From contig JAHQWG010000012.1 of NCBI GenBank assembly GCA_029856045.1, positions 1 through 64,000 of the forward strand: a stretch of 64,000 nt of DNA. The letters run 5' to 3'. Positions 47,596 to 57,640 of the stretch are shown in pieces. This DNA is from Promethearchaeia archaeon. Its GTDB lineage: Archaea > Asgardarchaeota > Lokiarchaeia > Sigyniarchaeales > SOKP01. The notes under the pieces were generated by a model. It saw nothing but the letters and a program-made list of their open reading frames with translations, made no database searches and was not told where the DNA came from. The position numbers and the translations under genes were made by a program. Each line of letters opens with the position of its first letter. Positions within the stretch are counted from its first letter, which is position 1.

Positions 47596-47631
47596 AGAAA
47601 AAAAGTAATTTGAATTTATAATTTAAAAAAG

Positions 47632-47850
47632 GTGATAATAATAAATATCTCAAAATTTATTTCCGAGCATTTAATCAATAAAGAAGTCGATGTATATTGC
47701 ACACATGACAGTTCATTTCAGGGAAAAGCTATAGGTTGTGCCGATAATGTATTAACTTTATTGGATAAAACTGCAACTATGACTTTTATAAACATTCCAC
47801 ACATTATTGCGATCTGGGAAAAAAAAAGAGAGAAAAGCGATAAATCTTAA
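47632..47850 (+). CDS. Small Sm-like-fold (MM0924-like) protein
   Basis: KEVDVYC....FQGKAIGCADNVLTL....FINIPHIIAIW. The GTG lies within GGTGA, so the real start may be ATA about 47641. Confidence 0.65.
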   Translation: MIIINISKFISEHLINKEVDVYCTHDSSFQGKAIGCADNVLTLLDKTATMTFINIPHIIAIWEKKREKSDKS

Positions 47851-47868
47851 ATAGAAAGTACAAATATT

Positions 47869-48714
47869 CTAATCTATTTTAAGATTAAACAGTTTTTTAG
47901 CATTTTTATAAAAGATATCTCTATAAAAGTTTCTTGATAAATCGAGATCTAGCAATCCTAACATTGAGTTTTCATAGGAGTATGGAATATTTGGGAAATC
48001 AGAACCAAAAAGAATACGATCTTGATATGATAAGAGTACATCTGGTTTTGGGCGTTTAATCTTTCTTTCAGGAAAAATATTATTACGGATATAAATCATT
48101 GTGGTGTCCAAGTACAAATTTTCATGTTTATCAAGTAATTTAATGAATTTATCATATTCGAATGCACCCATATGTGCAATAATGAGCTTCATATCTGGGA
48201 AATTATCCAGAAATTTTTGAAAATTTTTTATTCCTACATATTCATTTCTATATGGTGCTGTTCCTGCATGCCATGTGATAATTTTGTTATATTTTTCAAC
48301 AATTTTGTAGATTTTCTTCATTCTCGGGTCGTTTGGATAAAATTCTTGAACTAAAGGTTGGATTTTTAACCCTTGAAAATTGTAAAGACTAAATAATTTT
48401 TCCGTATATTCTTCACGATTTTCATCTTCAGGCCAAACAGTTCCAAAGGGTATTGCATTAGGATTTTCTTTTACAAATTCATTTGTCCATTCATTCATTT
48501 CTTCTGCGATGTTTTTTTTATGGGCGTAATTATATGTTGTAAATGCCTTCACATGGTTTTTTTCTAAAGTTTGAATTAATTCATTATTTGGTAATTTATA
48601 AAATATCGGCCACTTGTGCTTTTCAAAAAAATTCCAAATAGATTTAAACATTTTTGGTGAAAAGAAATGAGTGTGTGAATCGATATATTTAAAATCTGTT
48701 GAAGTGTATACCAT
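47869..48714 (-). CDS. Amidohydrolase_2 family protein
   Basis: IDSHTH, GLKIQP, HAG, AHMG, LFGSDFP. Confidence 0.88.
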   Translation of the reverse strand: MVYTSTDFKYIDSHTHFFSPKMFKSIWNFFEKHKWPIFYKLPNNELIQTLEKNHVKAFTTYNYAHKKNIAEEMNEWTNEFVKENPNAIPFGTVWPEDENREEYTEKLFSLYNFQGLKIQPLVQEFYPNDPRMKKIYKIVEKYNKIITWHAGTAPYRNEYVGIKNFQKFLDNFPDMKLIIAHMGAFEYDKFIKLLDKHENLYLDTTMIYIRNNIFPERKIKRPKPDVLLSYQDRILFGSDFPNIPYSYENSMLGLLDLDLSRNFYRDIFYKNAKKLFNLKID

Positions 48715-48781
48715 TATTCAATTTAATAAAGAGTTAATATTATTAAAATATTTAGTAATATTTAGTTATATATTACTAGAG

Positions 48782-50290
48782 ATGAGTGATTTAAACCAAA
48801 AAAAAGAATTTTATGATTATATTGGCAATAGTATAAAGTTTTTTAACGAGAAAATTGATGAGTTTAATTTTCCAATTAGAATTTTTACTCATTATGACGC
48901 CGACGGATTATGTTCTGGTGCGATCCTTTCCGTTATGTTATTTCGAGAAAAAATTCCATATCACCTTACAATAAAAAAGCAATTAGATAGACAAAATATC
49001 CAAGAAATAGCAAAATTTACTGAGAAATCTAATAATTTTGTGATTTTTTCTGATTTTGGAAGCGGACAATGTCAAGAAATCGAAAATAACATTAAAAAAG
49101 GTCAATATATAATTTTAGATCATCATTTACCCCAAAAAATTGCCAATAAAGAAATGAAAAAAGAATTGAAAATTTTAAGAGAGAAACACTTTCCATATCA
49201 TGTTAATCCATATTTTTTTGAAATAGATGGAAGTATAGATGTTTCAGCGGCAGGTATATGTTTTCTTTTCTCTAGAACTATGAATCCTGCTAACATTGAT
49301 TTATCTCCCTTGGCAATAGTCGCAGCAACAGGTGATATACAAAATCAAGGGCCAAGTAGGACTTTTATAGGTTTAAATTCTGATATTTTAAACGATGCAT
49401 TAAAAGAAAATAAAATTGAAGTAAAAACAGATTTAAATTTCTCAAGTTTCAAGCCATTAAATCAAGCCATTGCATATTCTAATGAGATTCAACTTCCTGG
49501 ATTATCTCAACGCGAAGATGTCTCTTTAAAATTTCTCCAAAAAACAGGAGTTTTTGTTGAAAATGTTGATGGAGAGATAAAAACTCTGAATGAGTTTAGT
49601 TGGGACGAGAAAAGAATTATTTCTTCAGCAATAGTCAAATATGCTGTGGATTCCTGTGGATTGGATCCAGCAGAAATAACTGAAAAATTAATTATCAATA
49701 AATATCTTCTTTTAGATGAAATTAACTATCCAGAACTTTCAGAAACAAGTGAATTCTCCCGTCTTCTCAACTCTTGTGGAAGGACAGGGAATTCTTCCTT
49801 GGGTATTGCCATCGCTATGGGAGATAGAATTAAGAGTATAGAAGAAGTTAGAAAGATTTTAAAAAATTACAAAACCAGCTTATCTAAAAGTGTAGAGTGG
49901 ATACTATCAAAAAAAAAGTTAAAGAGTATGGAGCATATTCATTATTTTTATGGAGAAGATGTGATACCAGAAGAAATTATTGGAACTATTTGTTCCATGT
50001 TAATAAATTCTCAATTAATAGATAGAACCAAGCCGATTTTTGGTTATGCAGACAAGATTGGTGAGGATTTCTATAAAATTTCAGCTAGAACAACAATAGA
50101 TTTAGTAAATGATGGTGTAAATCTTTCACAAGTAATAAAGGAAGCAATAAGATTAATGAAAGTTGATACTTTGGGTGGCGGTCATCCACCAGCTGCGGGC
50201 ACTAAAATTAAAAGGGAAAAAATTGATGAATTTTTATTAATATGTGATAAAATCATAAAGAAACAATTAAAACAAAAAATTTCTTTTTAA
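48782..50290 (+). CDS. DHH-family phosphoesterase (archaeal RecJ/Cdc45-like)
   Basis: HYDADG, DFGSG, DHH, GD.Q, LLNSCGR, GGGHPPAAG; ATG at 48782. Confidence 0.88.
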   Translation: MSDLNQKKEFYDYIGNSIKFFNEKIDEFNFPIRIFTHYDADGLCSGAILSVMLFREKIPYHLTIKKQLDRQNIQEIAKFTEKSNNFVIFSDFGSGQCQEIENNIKKGQYIILDHHLPQKIANKEMKKELKILREKHFPYHVNPYFFEIDGSIDVSAAGICFLFSRTMNPANIDLSPLAIVAATGDIQNQGPSRTFIGLNSDILNDALKENKIEVKTDLNFSSFKPLNQAIAYSNEIQLPGLSQREDVSLKFLQKTGVFVENVDGEIKTLNEFSWDEKRIISSAIVKYAVDSCGLDPAEITEKLIINKYLLLDEINYPELSETSEFSRLLNSCGRTGNSSLGIAIAMGDRIKSIEEVRKILKNYKTSLSKSVEWILSKKKLKSMEHIHYFYGEDVIPEEIIGTICSMLINSQLIDRTKPIFGYADKIGEDFYKISARTTIDLVNDGVNLSQVIKEAIRLMKVDTLGGGHPPAAGTKIKREKIDEFLLICDKIIKKQLKQKISF

Positions 50291-50367
50291 TCTTTTTTAG
50301 AATATTTTTTTTCTTTCAAATTAAAAAAAATTACTGAATTTTCGATTTTAATTATTAAGATATATAT

Positions 50368-50937
50368 TTAGAAAAATAAGAAATATCGTGGCACTTTATT
50401 CTTATATTCTTTATATGATTCACCATATTGTTCTAATAACCTTCTTTCCTCACCCAAAATTCTAAAATGTGAAAATATTGCGTAAAAAACAAACGATATT
50501 ATCGCAATTCCTGAACCTATAAGTATAGAGCTTCCAAGAGTAGAAAGATATAACATAAGTTGCTGAGGATTTCGTGAAATCTTATATATTCCCAAGGTAA
50601 TTGGTTTGTCAAGTGGAGTATTTTTAAAATTAAAAATTGCTACAATAAATCCAACAGTTCCCAGTAATAATATTACTAAACCAATTATGAAATCAATTGA
50701 TAAAAAATTTATTGGGGTAAAGATCATTAAAAATAAATTCAAAAGGGCAAAAATTTTCGAAATCTTAGCTAAGATTTTTTGTGACTTTGTCCAACCTTTC
50801 TCATCATAAAGCCTTTCTCTTACTTCTTTAGAGCAAGTTAAAATTAACAAAAAAAAAATTGAGTAGGATATTACTATAAATATCCATCCGTTAAACCAGT
50901 CTAATCTAAGTTCTGGAAATAGTTCCATTTTATTCAC
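50368..50937 (-). CDS. Isoprenylcysteine carboxylmethyltransferase (ICMT/PEMT) family membrane protein
   Basis: GIYKISRNP, EERRL...YGESY..YK..VPRY. Confidence 0.85.
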   Translation of the reverse strand: MNKMELFPELRLDWFNGWIFIVISYSIFFLLILTCSKEVRERLYDEKGWTKSQKILAKISKIFALLNLFLMIFTPINFLSIDFIIGLVILLLGTVGFIVAIFNFKNTPLDKPITLGIYKISRNPQQLMLYLSTLGSSILIGSGIAIISFVFYAIFSHFRILGEERRLLEQYGESYKEYKNKVPRYFLFF

Positions 50938-51197
50938 TAATAAAGATATTTTATATTTTTTAGAAAGCTTTTAGCTGTATCTAATAAAATAAAAAGATTA
51001 TATGATATTTAAATTTTTATTTATCAAATTTACCTTATTACTTAAATCTATAATGAAATACTAATAAAATAAAATAGAATATAATAAAACAAGAAGAATT
51101 TATCCTCATATAAAATTAAATAAAGCTAAAAAAAACATATTAAAAATAATTAATAGATTTTCTTCTAACTATTTTGGGTTGTTATATCTCTTAAATC

Positions 51198-51620
51198 TTA
51201 ATTTGACTTTTTCATCCTTTTTGCTAATAATATTGTAGGCATTGAGATTAGTAAGAAACAACTAAGATATAATATAGAAAGAAATGAAATTTTACCCGTG
51301 TATCTATTAACATTTATATCAACGACTATAAGGGAAGTTATAGCTATTAACATTGCGCAAATAAAAATTATTAAAGAATCTAATTTTAGAGGGAACCCCT
51401 TTTTTAATTTCAATACACGGTATTCATCTTTAGTTATAATTAGAATTGTTAATGCGATACAAAAAAGTATCCAACCTATAATTTGGATAATAAATATAAG
51501 AATAGAAAACGGAGTAAGTAAAGTAAAAATTAACGAAAGGATAATCATAATTGTTCCAATTATAAGGTTTAATAATCCCATGTCTGAGAATTTTGACATA
51601 CCAAAGAAAGAATATTTCAT
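51198..51620 (-). CDS. Hypothetical 4-TM membrane protein
   Basis: Four hydrophobic segments. Confidence 0.5.
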   Translation of the reverse strand: MKYSFFGMSKFSDMGLLNLIIGTIMIILSLIFTLLTPFSILIFIIQIIGWILFCIALTILIITKDEYRVLKLKKGFPLKLDSLIIFICAMLIAITSLIVVDINVNRYTGKISFLSILYLSCFLLISMPTILLAKRMKKSN

Positions 51621-51805
51621 TTAATATTTAAACCTTTTGAAGTTTATTTAAAGATTAATTTAATATTTTTATCACTGAATTTTGTACCAAACCACTATTT
51701 TACCTTTATTTATTCCTAAAAAAAATTAAATGCTCAGAAAATTTCTCTTATTAAAAGAAATTATTCTCTTTATATATCTTTTAGATATGGAGGAATGAAC
51801 GGAAT

Positions 51806-52531
51806 ATGAAAGTCTTGGCAATAAATAGTAGCCCAAATATGGGTAAGGGTAGTACTGCTATGATTCTTACTCCCTTTCTTGAGGGAATGAAAGAAGCGGG
51901 AGCACAGATTGAATTATTTTACACAAAGAAGTTAGATATTAAACCGTGTCAGGGGGAATTTAACTGTTGGCTCAAAACACCAGGTAAATGTTTCCAACGG
52001 GATGATATGCAAATGCTTCTACCCAAGCTAGGTAATTCAGATATCTGGGTATTTGCAACTCCTGTCCATTGTGATGGAATCTCTGGATCGCTACTGAGTT
52101 TGTGGGAAAGAATGATATCAGTAGCGAAGCCATTCGTAGAGCTACGGAATGGACACTGTCGCCATCCTCTGCATGAGGGATTCAAACAAGGTAAGGTTGT
52201 GCTGGTTTCAACCTGTGGACATTTCGAATTAGATAATTTCGACCCAATGCTTTTACATATTAAAGCATTTACTGCGAATTCCAATAGAGAATTTGCTGGG
52301 GCATTATTACGTCCCCATGGAGCTGGATTGAGGATTATGAGGAAGATGGGCGTGCAGATGGATGATATCTTTAAAGCGGCAAAAGAAGCAGGTCATCAAC
52401 TCATTGTTGATGGTAAGATGTCTCCTAAAACCCTAAATACTATCAGTCGCGAACTTATATCACTAGATATGTATTTAAAAGGAGTCAATAAGGCATATCA
52501 GCGTATTTTTGACAGTTTGAGAGAAAAATAA
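51806..52531 (+). CDS. Flavodoxin-like / iron-sulfur flavoprotein (NADPH-dependent FMN reductase family)
   Basis: INSSP..G.T, IKPCQGEFNCW.KTPGKC..DDM, ATPV. Confidence 0.85.
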   Translation: MKVLAINSSPNMGKGSTAMILTPFLEGMKEAGAQIELFYTKKLDIKPCQGEFNCWLKTPGKCFQRDDMQMLLPKLGNSDIWVFATPVHCDGISGSLLSLWERMISVAKPFVELRNGHCRHPLHEGFKQGKVVLVSTCGHFELDNFDPMLLHIKAFTANSNREFAGALLRPHGAGLRIMRKMGVQMDDIFKAAKEAGHQLIVDGKMSPKTLNTISRELISLDMYLKGVNKAYQRIFDSLREK

Positions 52532-52591
52532 AATAATAGATTTTGAAAACTATTATGTTAAGTTAAAATTTTTGAATATAAAGAAAAATAT

Positions 52592-53893
52592 TTAAATTGT
52601 AAAAACATCACCGATTTCCGGAGAAACGGCTGAATAACCTTTTTTATTAAGATCTTTTGCAAAATTAGTGCAAGATTCAGCACTTCCATGCATGCAAAAT
52701 ATATTTTTTTCTGAATCCTCATTAAATTTTAAATCATCAACGAATTTACGTAAATCTGAGGCTCCTGTGTGACTTGAAAAGTCAAAATTCTTTACATCAC
52801 AAACTGCATTAATTCCGTTTGAGTCATTTTTAGACTTAAAAAATAAATTTTCATCAAGTAAAATTCTTCCTGGAGTATTTTCGACTTGATAACCAACTGA
52901 ATAAATAGCGGAATTAGGCTCGTTGACAATTGATCTTGCATAATTTCTAGCTGGACCACCCTGTAACATTCCTGAAGGACTAATTATTATACCAGGTGTA
53001 GTTTTAGCGATCTTTCTGTCTCGTTTTAATCGGGAATTTAAAATAAAAGTGGCATTACTTACAGCTCTTCGAAATTCTCTTGGATCTCTTAAAAATTCAG
53101 CGTAATCAAAATAGATCTCAGAGATTTTTCTTGCCATTCCATCTAAAAAAAGATTGCCACGATATCCATAATGATAAAGAACACTTAGAATCTCTTGAGA
53201 TCTAGCTACACCAAAAGCGGGAACTAGCACACGTCCCTTATCCTCTACAATTATATTTACATTTTCAATAAATTCCTTTTCGATTTCATCTCTTGGTCGA
53301 TGATCTCTTAAAGCATATGTTGATTCTATGATTAGTGTATCTAATTCTGGAAAATCATGAACATCGATACTATTTACAAGTCTAGTTTTTTGCGTGTTAA
53401 TATCCCCCGTGTATAAGATCTTTTTTCCATCAACTTCCACTAAAATAGAACATGAACCAGGTACATGACCTGCATCTTTTAAAGTTATATAAAAATTGTT
53501 TGCAATCCTCTGCCTTGTTCCATATTCAAGAAAATAACTCGAAATTCCCATTTTATTAAGTTCTTGATTTGAGTATTTTATTTTAAATTTAGAAATTTTA
53601 AGTGCATCGCGAATTAATATCTCAATTATCCTATAAGTTAATTCATTTGTAAATAATGGAATCTGACGATTTTTATATAAGCTTGGAAGGCTTCCTGAGT
53701 GGTCAATATGACAATGTGTTAATGCAACTGCTGATATTTTATTCCCATCAATACTTAAAGGTAAAATGTTGTTATTTCCTTGTAATCTTATTCCATAATC
53801 AAGGAGTAAGGAGACTCCTGTTTTCTCAGATTGAATTAGTACGCCAGATGCTCCAATTTCTCTACATCCGCCAAGAAATTTAATTTTAACCAT
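52592..53893 (-). CDS. MBL/beta-CASP ribonuclease (aCPSF2-like, no KH domains)
   Basis: FLGGCREIG, THCHIDH, AGHVPGS, YTGD, IESTY, SGML, FSSH, HG. Confidence 0.9.
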   Translation of the reverse strand: MVKIKFLGGCREIGASGVLIQSEKTGVSLLLDYGIRLQGNNNILPLSIDGNKISAVALTHCHIDHSGSLPSLYKNRQIPLFTNELTYRIIEILIRDALKISKFKIKYSNQELNKMGISSYFLEYGTRQRIANNFYITLKDAGHVPGSCSILVEVDGKKILYTGDINTQKTRLVNSIDVHDFPELDTLIIESTYALRDHRPRDEIEKEFIENVNIIVEDKGRVLVPAFGVARSQEILSVLYHYGYRGNLFLDGMARKISEIYFDYAEFLRDPREFRRAVSNATFILNSRLKRDRKIAKTTPGIIISPSGMLQGGPARNYARSIVNEPNSAIYSVGYQVENTPGRILLDENLFFKSKNDSNGINAVCDVKNFDFSSHTGASDLRKFVDDLKFNEDSEKNIFCMHGSAESCTNFAKDLNKKGYSAVSPEIGDVFTI

Positions 53894-54062
53894 TATAGTA
53901 ATATTCTCTTCTTATCCCATAATAATGTAATATAAATGAAAAAAATTTTTAGTGTGTAGTTATTAATCAAATAACAAAAATCAAAAAGTTTTATCTTTAT
54001 AAAATAAACAATAAAATAAGAATTTAAATTAAAATAAAAAAAAGCGTTAAATTGATTTTAAA

Positions 54063-54932
54063 ATGAAATATTCGGAAGAAAATGTAGAGATAGGAATAAT
54101 TGGGGGGACTGGTTCCGATTTAATACTAGAAGACGCTGAAGAAGTAAAAGTTTATACTCCATATGGAATGTCATCTGATCTTATTTCAGTTGGCTTTTAT
54201 AAAGGTAGAAAATTAGCATTTATACCAAGACATGGTCGTGGTCATGTAATAACTCCACATAATCTTAACGCTAGAGCAAATATATGGGCATTAGCTAAAG
54301 AATTAGGTGTAAAGCGAATTATATCTCCAAGCGCAGTAGGTTCTTTAGTGAAGGAATATGACAAAGGAGATTTTGTAATAGTTGATCAGTACATAGACCG
54401 AACAAAAAAGAGATTAGATACTTTTTATGAAGGCGGTCAGATCTGCCATATGAGCCAAGCTGAACCATTCTGTCCCGAAATGAATGAAATTTTTTATAAT
54501 GCGGGCAAAGAAATTCCGGGTTTAAATATCACATTGGGGGGTACTTATGTTTGTATCGAAGGGCCGAGATTTTCCACTATTGCAGAATCACGTATGTTTC
54601 GAATTTGGGGTGGTGACGTGATTGGAATGACATGCTACCCAGAAGTGGTTTTGGCCGCAGAAGTCGAAGTCTGCTACAGTACAATTGCAATGGTTACTGA
54701 TTTAGATGTATGGGCAGCTGAATGTGATCGGTGTGGAGTTGTTGAAATCGGTCCAAAATGTCCAAGTTGTGGTGGTCCAATCAAAAAATATTCAGTTAGC
54801 ATCGAGGAAATCTTAGCAACAATGGAAAAAAATGCAATTAATTTAACTAAAATTCTCGATATAGCAATTCCTAAAATATCTAAAGATAGAGCTTGTAGAT
54901 GTAAAGATTCTATGAAAGGTGCAATTATCTAA
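54063..54932 (+). CDS. mtnP: S-methyl-5'-thioadenosine phosphorylase with Zn-ribbon insertion
   Basis: IGGTG, PRHG, EGPRFST.AES, GMT..PE, TDLD; insert CDRCG...CPSCG. Confidence 0.88.
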   Translation: MKYSEENVEIGIIGGTGSDLILEDAEEVKVYTPYGMSSDLISVGFYKGRKLAFIPRHGRGHVITPHNLNARANIWALAKELGVKRIISPSAVGSLVKEYDKGDFVIVDQYIDRTKKRLDTFYEGGQICHMSQAEPFCPEMNEIFYNAGKEIPGLNITLGGTYVCIEGPRFSTIAESRMFRIWGGDVIGMTCYPEVVLAAEVEVCYSTIAMVTDLDVWAAECDRCGVVEIGPKCPSCGGPIKKYSVSIEEILATMEKNAINLTKILDIAIPKISKDRACRCKDSMKGAII

Positions 54933-54968
54933 AATGTAAAAAATAAAGAAATTTATATTACTTTTTTT

Positions 54969-55523
54969 TTATTCTTCCACTGGGATTTTTACTAAAGCAA
55001 AAACATCGTAGCCAGCTAATTTATCTCTACCATGAAGGCTCCCAGTTAATTCAATAACAAATCCAACACCAGTCACTTCACCACCTGCTTTTTCTACTAA
55101 ATTGCATGCAGCTTTTGCGGTCCCCCCAGTTGCCAGTAAGTCATCAAATATTAAAACTTTATCTCCCTTTTCAATTCCATCAACATGCATCTCTATAGAG
55201 TCAGTTCCATATTCCAGTTTATAAGTTTCAGATATCGTTTTAGAAGGCAATTTTCCCGGCTTTCTCATCATTACAAATCCAGCGCTTAATTTTATAGCAA
55301 GAGCACCACCAAAAATATAACCTCTTGCTTCTATTGCAGCAACTTTTGTAATTCCTTTATTTTTATATTTTTCATATAAAAAATTAACTGAGTCTTTTAG
55401 ACCATCTACATCCTTTACTAAGGTTGAAATATCTTTAAATTGAATTCCTTCTTTAGGAAAATTCGGAACATTACGAATCTTTTTTAGTATTTTATCTTCT
55501 AACTCTTTTTCTGAAAAACTCAT
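54969..55523 (-). CDS. apt: Adenine phosphoribosyltransferase
   Basis: PNFPKEGIQFKDI, EARG, RKPGKLP, YKLEYG, DDLLATGGT. Confidence 0.95.
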   Translation of the reverse strand: MSFSEKELEDKILKKIRNVPNFPKEGIQFKDISTLVKDVDGLKDSVNFLYEKYKNKGITKVAAIEARGYIFGGALAIKLSAGFVMMRKPGKLPSKTISETYKLEYGTDSIEMHVDGIEKGDKVLIFDDLLATGGTAKAACNLVEKAGGEVTGVGFVIELTGSLHGRDKLAGYDVFALVKIPVEE

Positions 55524-55715
55524 TAAATTACCTTTAATTGATTTAAATTATTTTAATTTATATTCAAGCTAATAAAAAACTTAAATTTATAGAATTACAA
55601 AAATATTATATAATCAATATTTTAATCAAATTATCATTATTATATAAAATTATTACAAAAAAATTACAAATCCTAAAAATCATCGAATGAATAGAAAAAC
55701 TGAGTGAGGAAATTA

Positions 55716-56672
55716 ATGAAAACAATTATATTCGGTCCTGCAAACGCAGGAAAGACAAGTTTGATGAGAACGACGTGCTTGGGTTATAATTTCATGAAAG
55801 TTATAAATCTCAAACCAACACGTGGTATAAGTCGCGAAAATTTTATATTTCGAGGGTTATTGGAAATTTCCGTATGGGATTTTGGAGGACAAAAAAAATA
55901 TCTAGAGCGTTATTTTTCAGAAAAACAGAGACCTGTTATTTTTGGTGATGTGGACGTTGCGATTTTTATGGTAGACGCAACCCGAAATGAACAGTTTGTA
56001 AGAGATACATTTGATAAATTTCTTGAAGCATTAATACAAAATACACCAAAAATAGATAAGATTTATGTTCTTCTAAACAAAATTGATTTAGAGGAATCTA
56101 TGGAGGATGCTGTTTTTGAACTATTGACTAAAAATCTCGACTCAGATTATAGACAAAGATGCGCTTTCACACCAGTTTCTGTAAAAGAGGGGAGTGCACA
56201 GCACAGATTGATCGAGATATTAGATTTCGAAATTCAAATATCTACTTTATCAATTCAAAGATTAACAGGTATAAGAGCAATTTTAGATAATTTAAAATCA
56301 AATACGAAGGCAAATTATTTAGTTTTTAATAGACCAGATGGATTATTAATATCATCTACATTTGGAAAATTTAGTTTAGAACCATTAGAATATATTAAAT
56401 TTGAGATAGGAACATTAGATTCTAATTTATACCAGATATACCAAAAAGTTTACCGGATTGAGAATAGAATGTCCATATCTCCATTAGAATTATCATTAAT
56501 TATCTATGAATCTGAAGAAAATTATGTTTTAATAAAAGAGATCTCTGATAAAGCAGTTTTGATGATAATAACAAATAATAAGGAGAATAATGAATTGAAT
56601 TCGATTTTTGATTTATTTAAAAGTTCCAAGTTTAAAGAATTGGAAAATGCCTTAAGCATTTCCTCTATTTAA
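55716..56672 (+). CDS. Small GTPase (Rag-like) with C-terminal roadblock-like domain
   Basis: GPANAGKTS, PT, WDFGGQ, NKID; C-terminal DGLLISST roadblock-like motif. Confidence 0.8.
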   Translation: MKTIIFGPANAGKTSLMRTTCLGYNFMKVINLKPTRGISRENFIFRGLLEISVWDFGGQKKYLERYFSEKQRPVIFGDVDVAIFMVDATRNEQFVRDTFDKFLEALIQNTPKIDKIYVLLNKIDLEESMEDAVFELLTKNLDSDYRQRCAFTPVSVKEGSAQHRLIEILDFEIQISTLSIQRLTGIRAILDNLKSNTKANYLVFNRPDGLLISSTFGKFSLEPLEYIKFEIGTLDSNLYQIYQKVYRIENRMSISPLELSLIIYESEENYVLIKEISDKAVLMIITNNKENNELNSIFDLFKSSKFKELENALSISSI

Positions 56673-56717
56673 ACATCAATATATCATCAATTAATTCATT
56701 ATTTTTTTATTTTTAAA

Positions 56718-57599
56718 TTAACTCTTCGATTTTTCAACCGAAAAAATGGATGATGCCATATAAAGGGCTCCATTTAATTCATTCTTTGGTGCTATTCTAG
56801 ATGTGTCAATTAAAATATATTTTATATCTAAATAAACAGCTCCATATGATTTTCCATTACCCAAATGGATTAATGTTCTATAAATTAAGTTTCCACTAAT
56901 TCCATTTGGTGCCAAAATTAAATTTGCTCCATTTTTGATACTATTTTCAATTAAAATCTGGTCGTGAAAAATTTCAATGTTTGGTTTCTGATTACGGAAA
57001 TATTTAACTAAATTTTCAGCATCATCTATTGTTTCATCAACACTCTTATCGCGACCAACATCAGTAAGCCTTCCACCGCTCAAGATTGAAATCTTTGGTT
57101 TAATCTTTAATTTTTCAAATAATTCTAAGGATTTCTCGATGAATTTCTTTTTTTCGTTGAAATTTTTACACTCATCAATACCAACAGGTCCAAAAAAAAA
57201 CTGCACTCCCTTTACGGTTTCGAGAAGTGCAAGCCTATAAATGTTTTTAATTTTTAATGAATCTTTGAGTAATTTCAAGAACTCAGAAGATTTAAAACTC
57301 CCTCTTACTATTGCATTTATCTTATTGTTAATTAAATATGTTATCATTTCTTTTTCTGGTTCAATACTACTAATTAATTTAATTTTTGATTGACGTGGGC
57401 TATTATTTAGCTGATATGATTTAATTTCATGTATGGCTTTTTTTTCTCCAAATAAATAAATCCAAACTTGATTTTTAATAGAAAAATCTAATGCAGTTGT
57501 AAAAATCTTAATGTTTTGATTTTTCTTTTCTCCCACACCTATTCCTATTATCAAGTCGTCAAATGAAATTTTTTGTTTTAAAATTTCAATTATTCTCAT
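56718..57599 (-). CDS. mtxX: MtxX / methanogenesis marker protein 4
   Basis: VRGS, PVGIDE, LSGGR..DVGR, IE.....APNGISGNLIYRTL, DTSR. Confidence 0.85.
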   Translation of the reverse strand: MRIIEILKQKISFDDLIIGIGVGEKKNQNIKIFTTALDFSIKNQVWIYLFGEKKAIHEIKSYQLNNSPRQSKIKLISSIEPEKEMITYLINNKINAIVRGSFKSSEFLKLLKDSLKIKNIYRLALLETVKGVQFFFGPVGIDECKNFNEKKKFIEKSLELFEKLKIKPKISILSGGRLTDVGRDKSVDETIDDAENLVKYFRNQKPNIEIFHDQILIENSIKNGANLILAPNGISGNLIYRTLIHLGNGKSYGAVYLDIKYILIDTSRIAPKNELNGALYMASSIFSVEKSKS

Positions 57600-57640
57600 T
57601 CTTCAATAATGGTTTGTGATATGATGTTATATATTAATAT

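Noticed and set aside
4110-50350. Recurrent (T)TCGA(A) and CCGACAAAA words in intergenic regions
   Set aside because: Too short to separate from BRE elements or chance without a statistical motif search.
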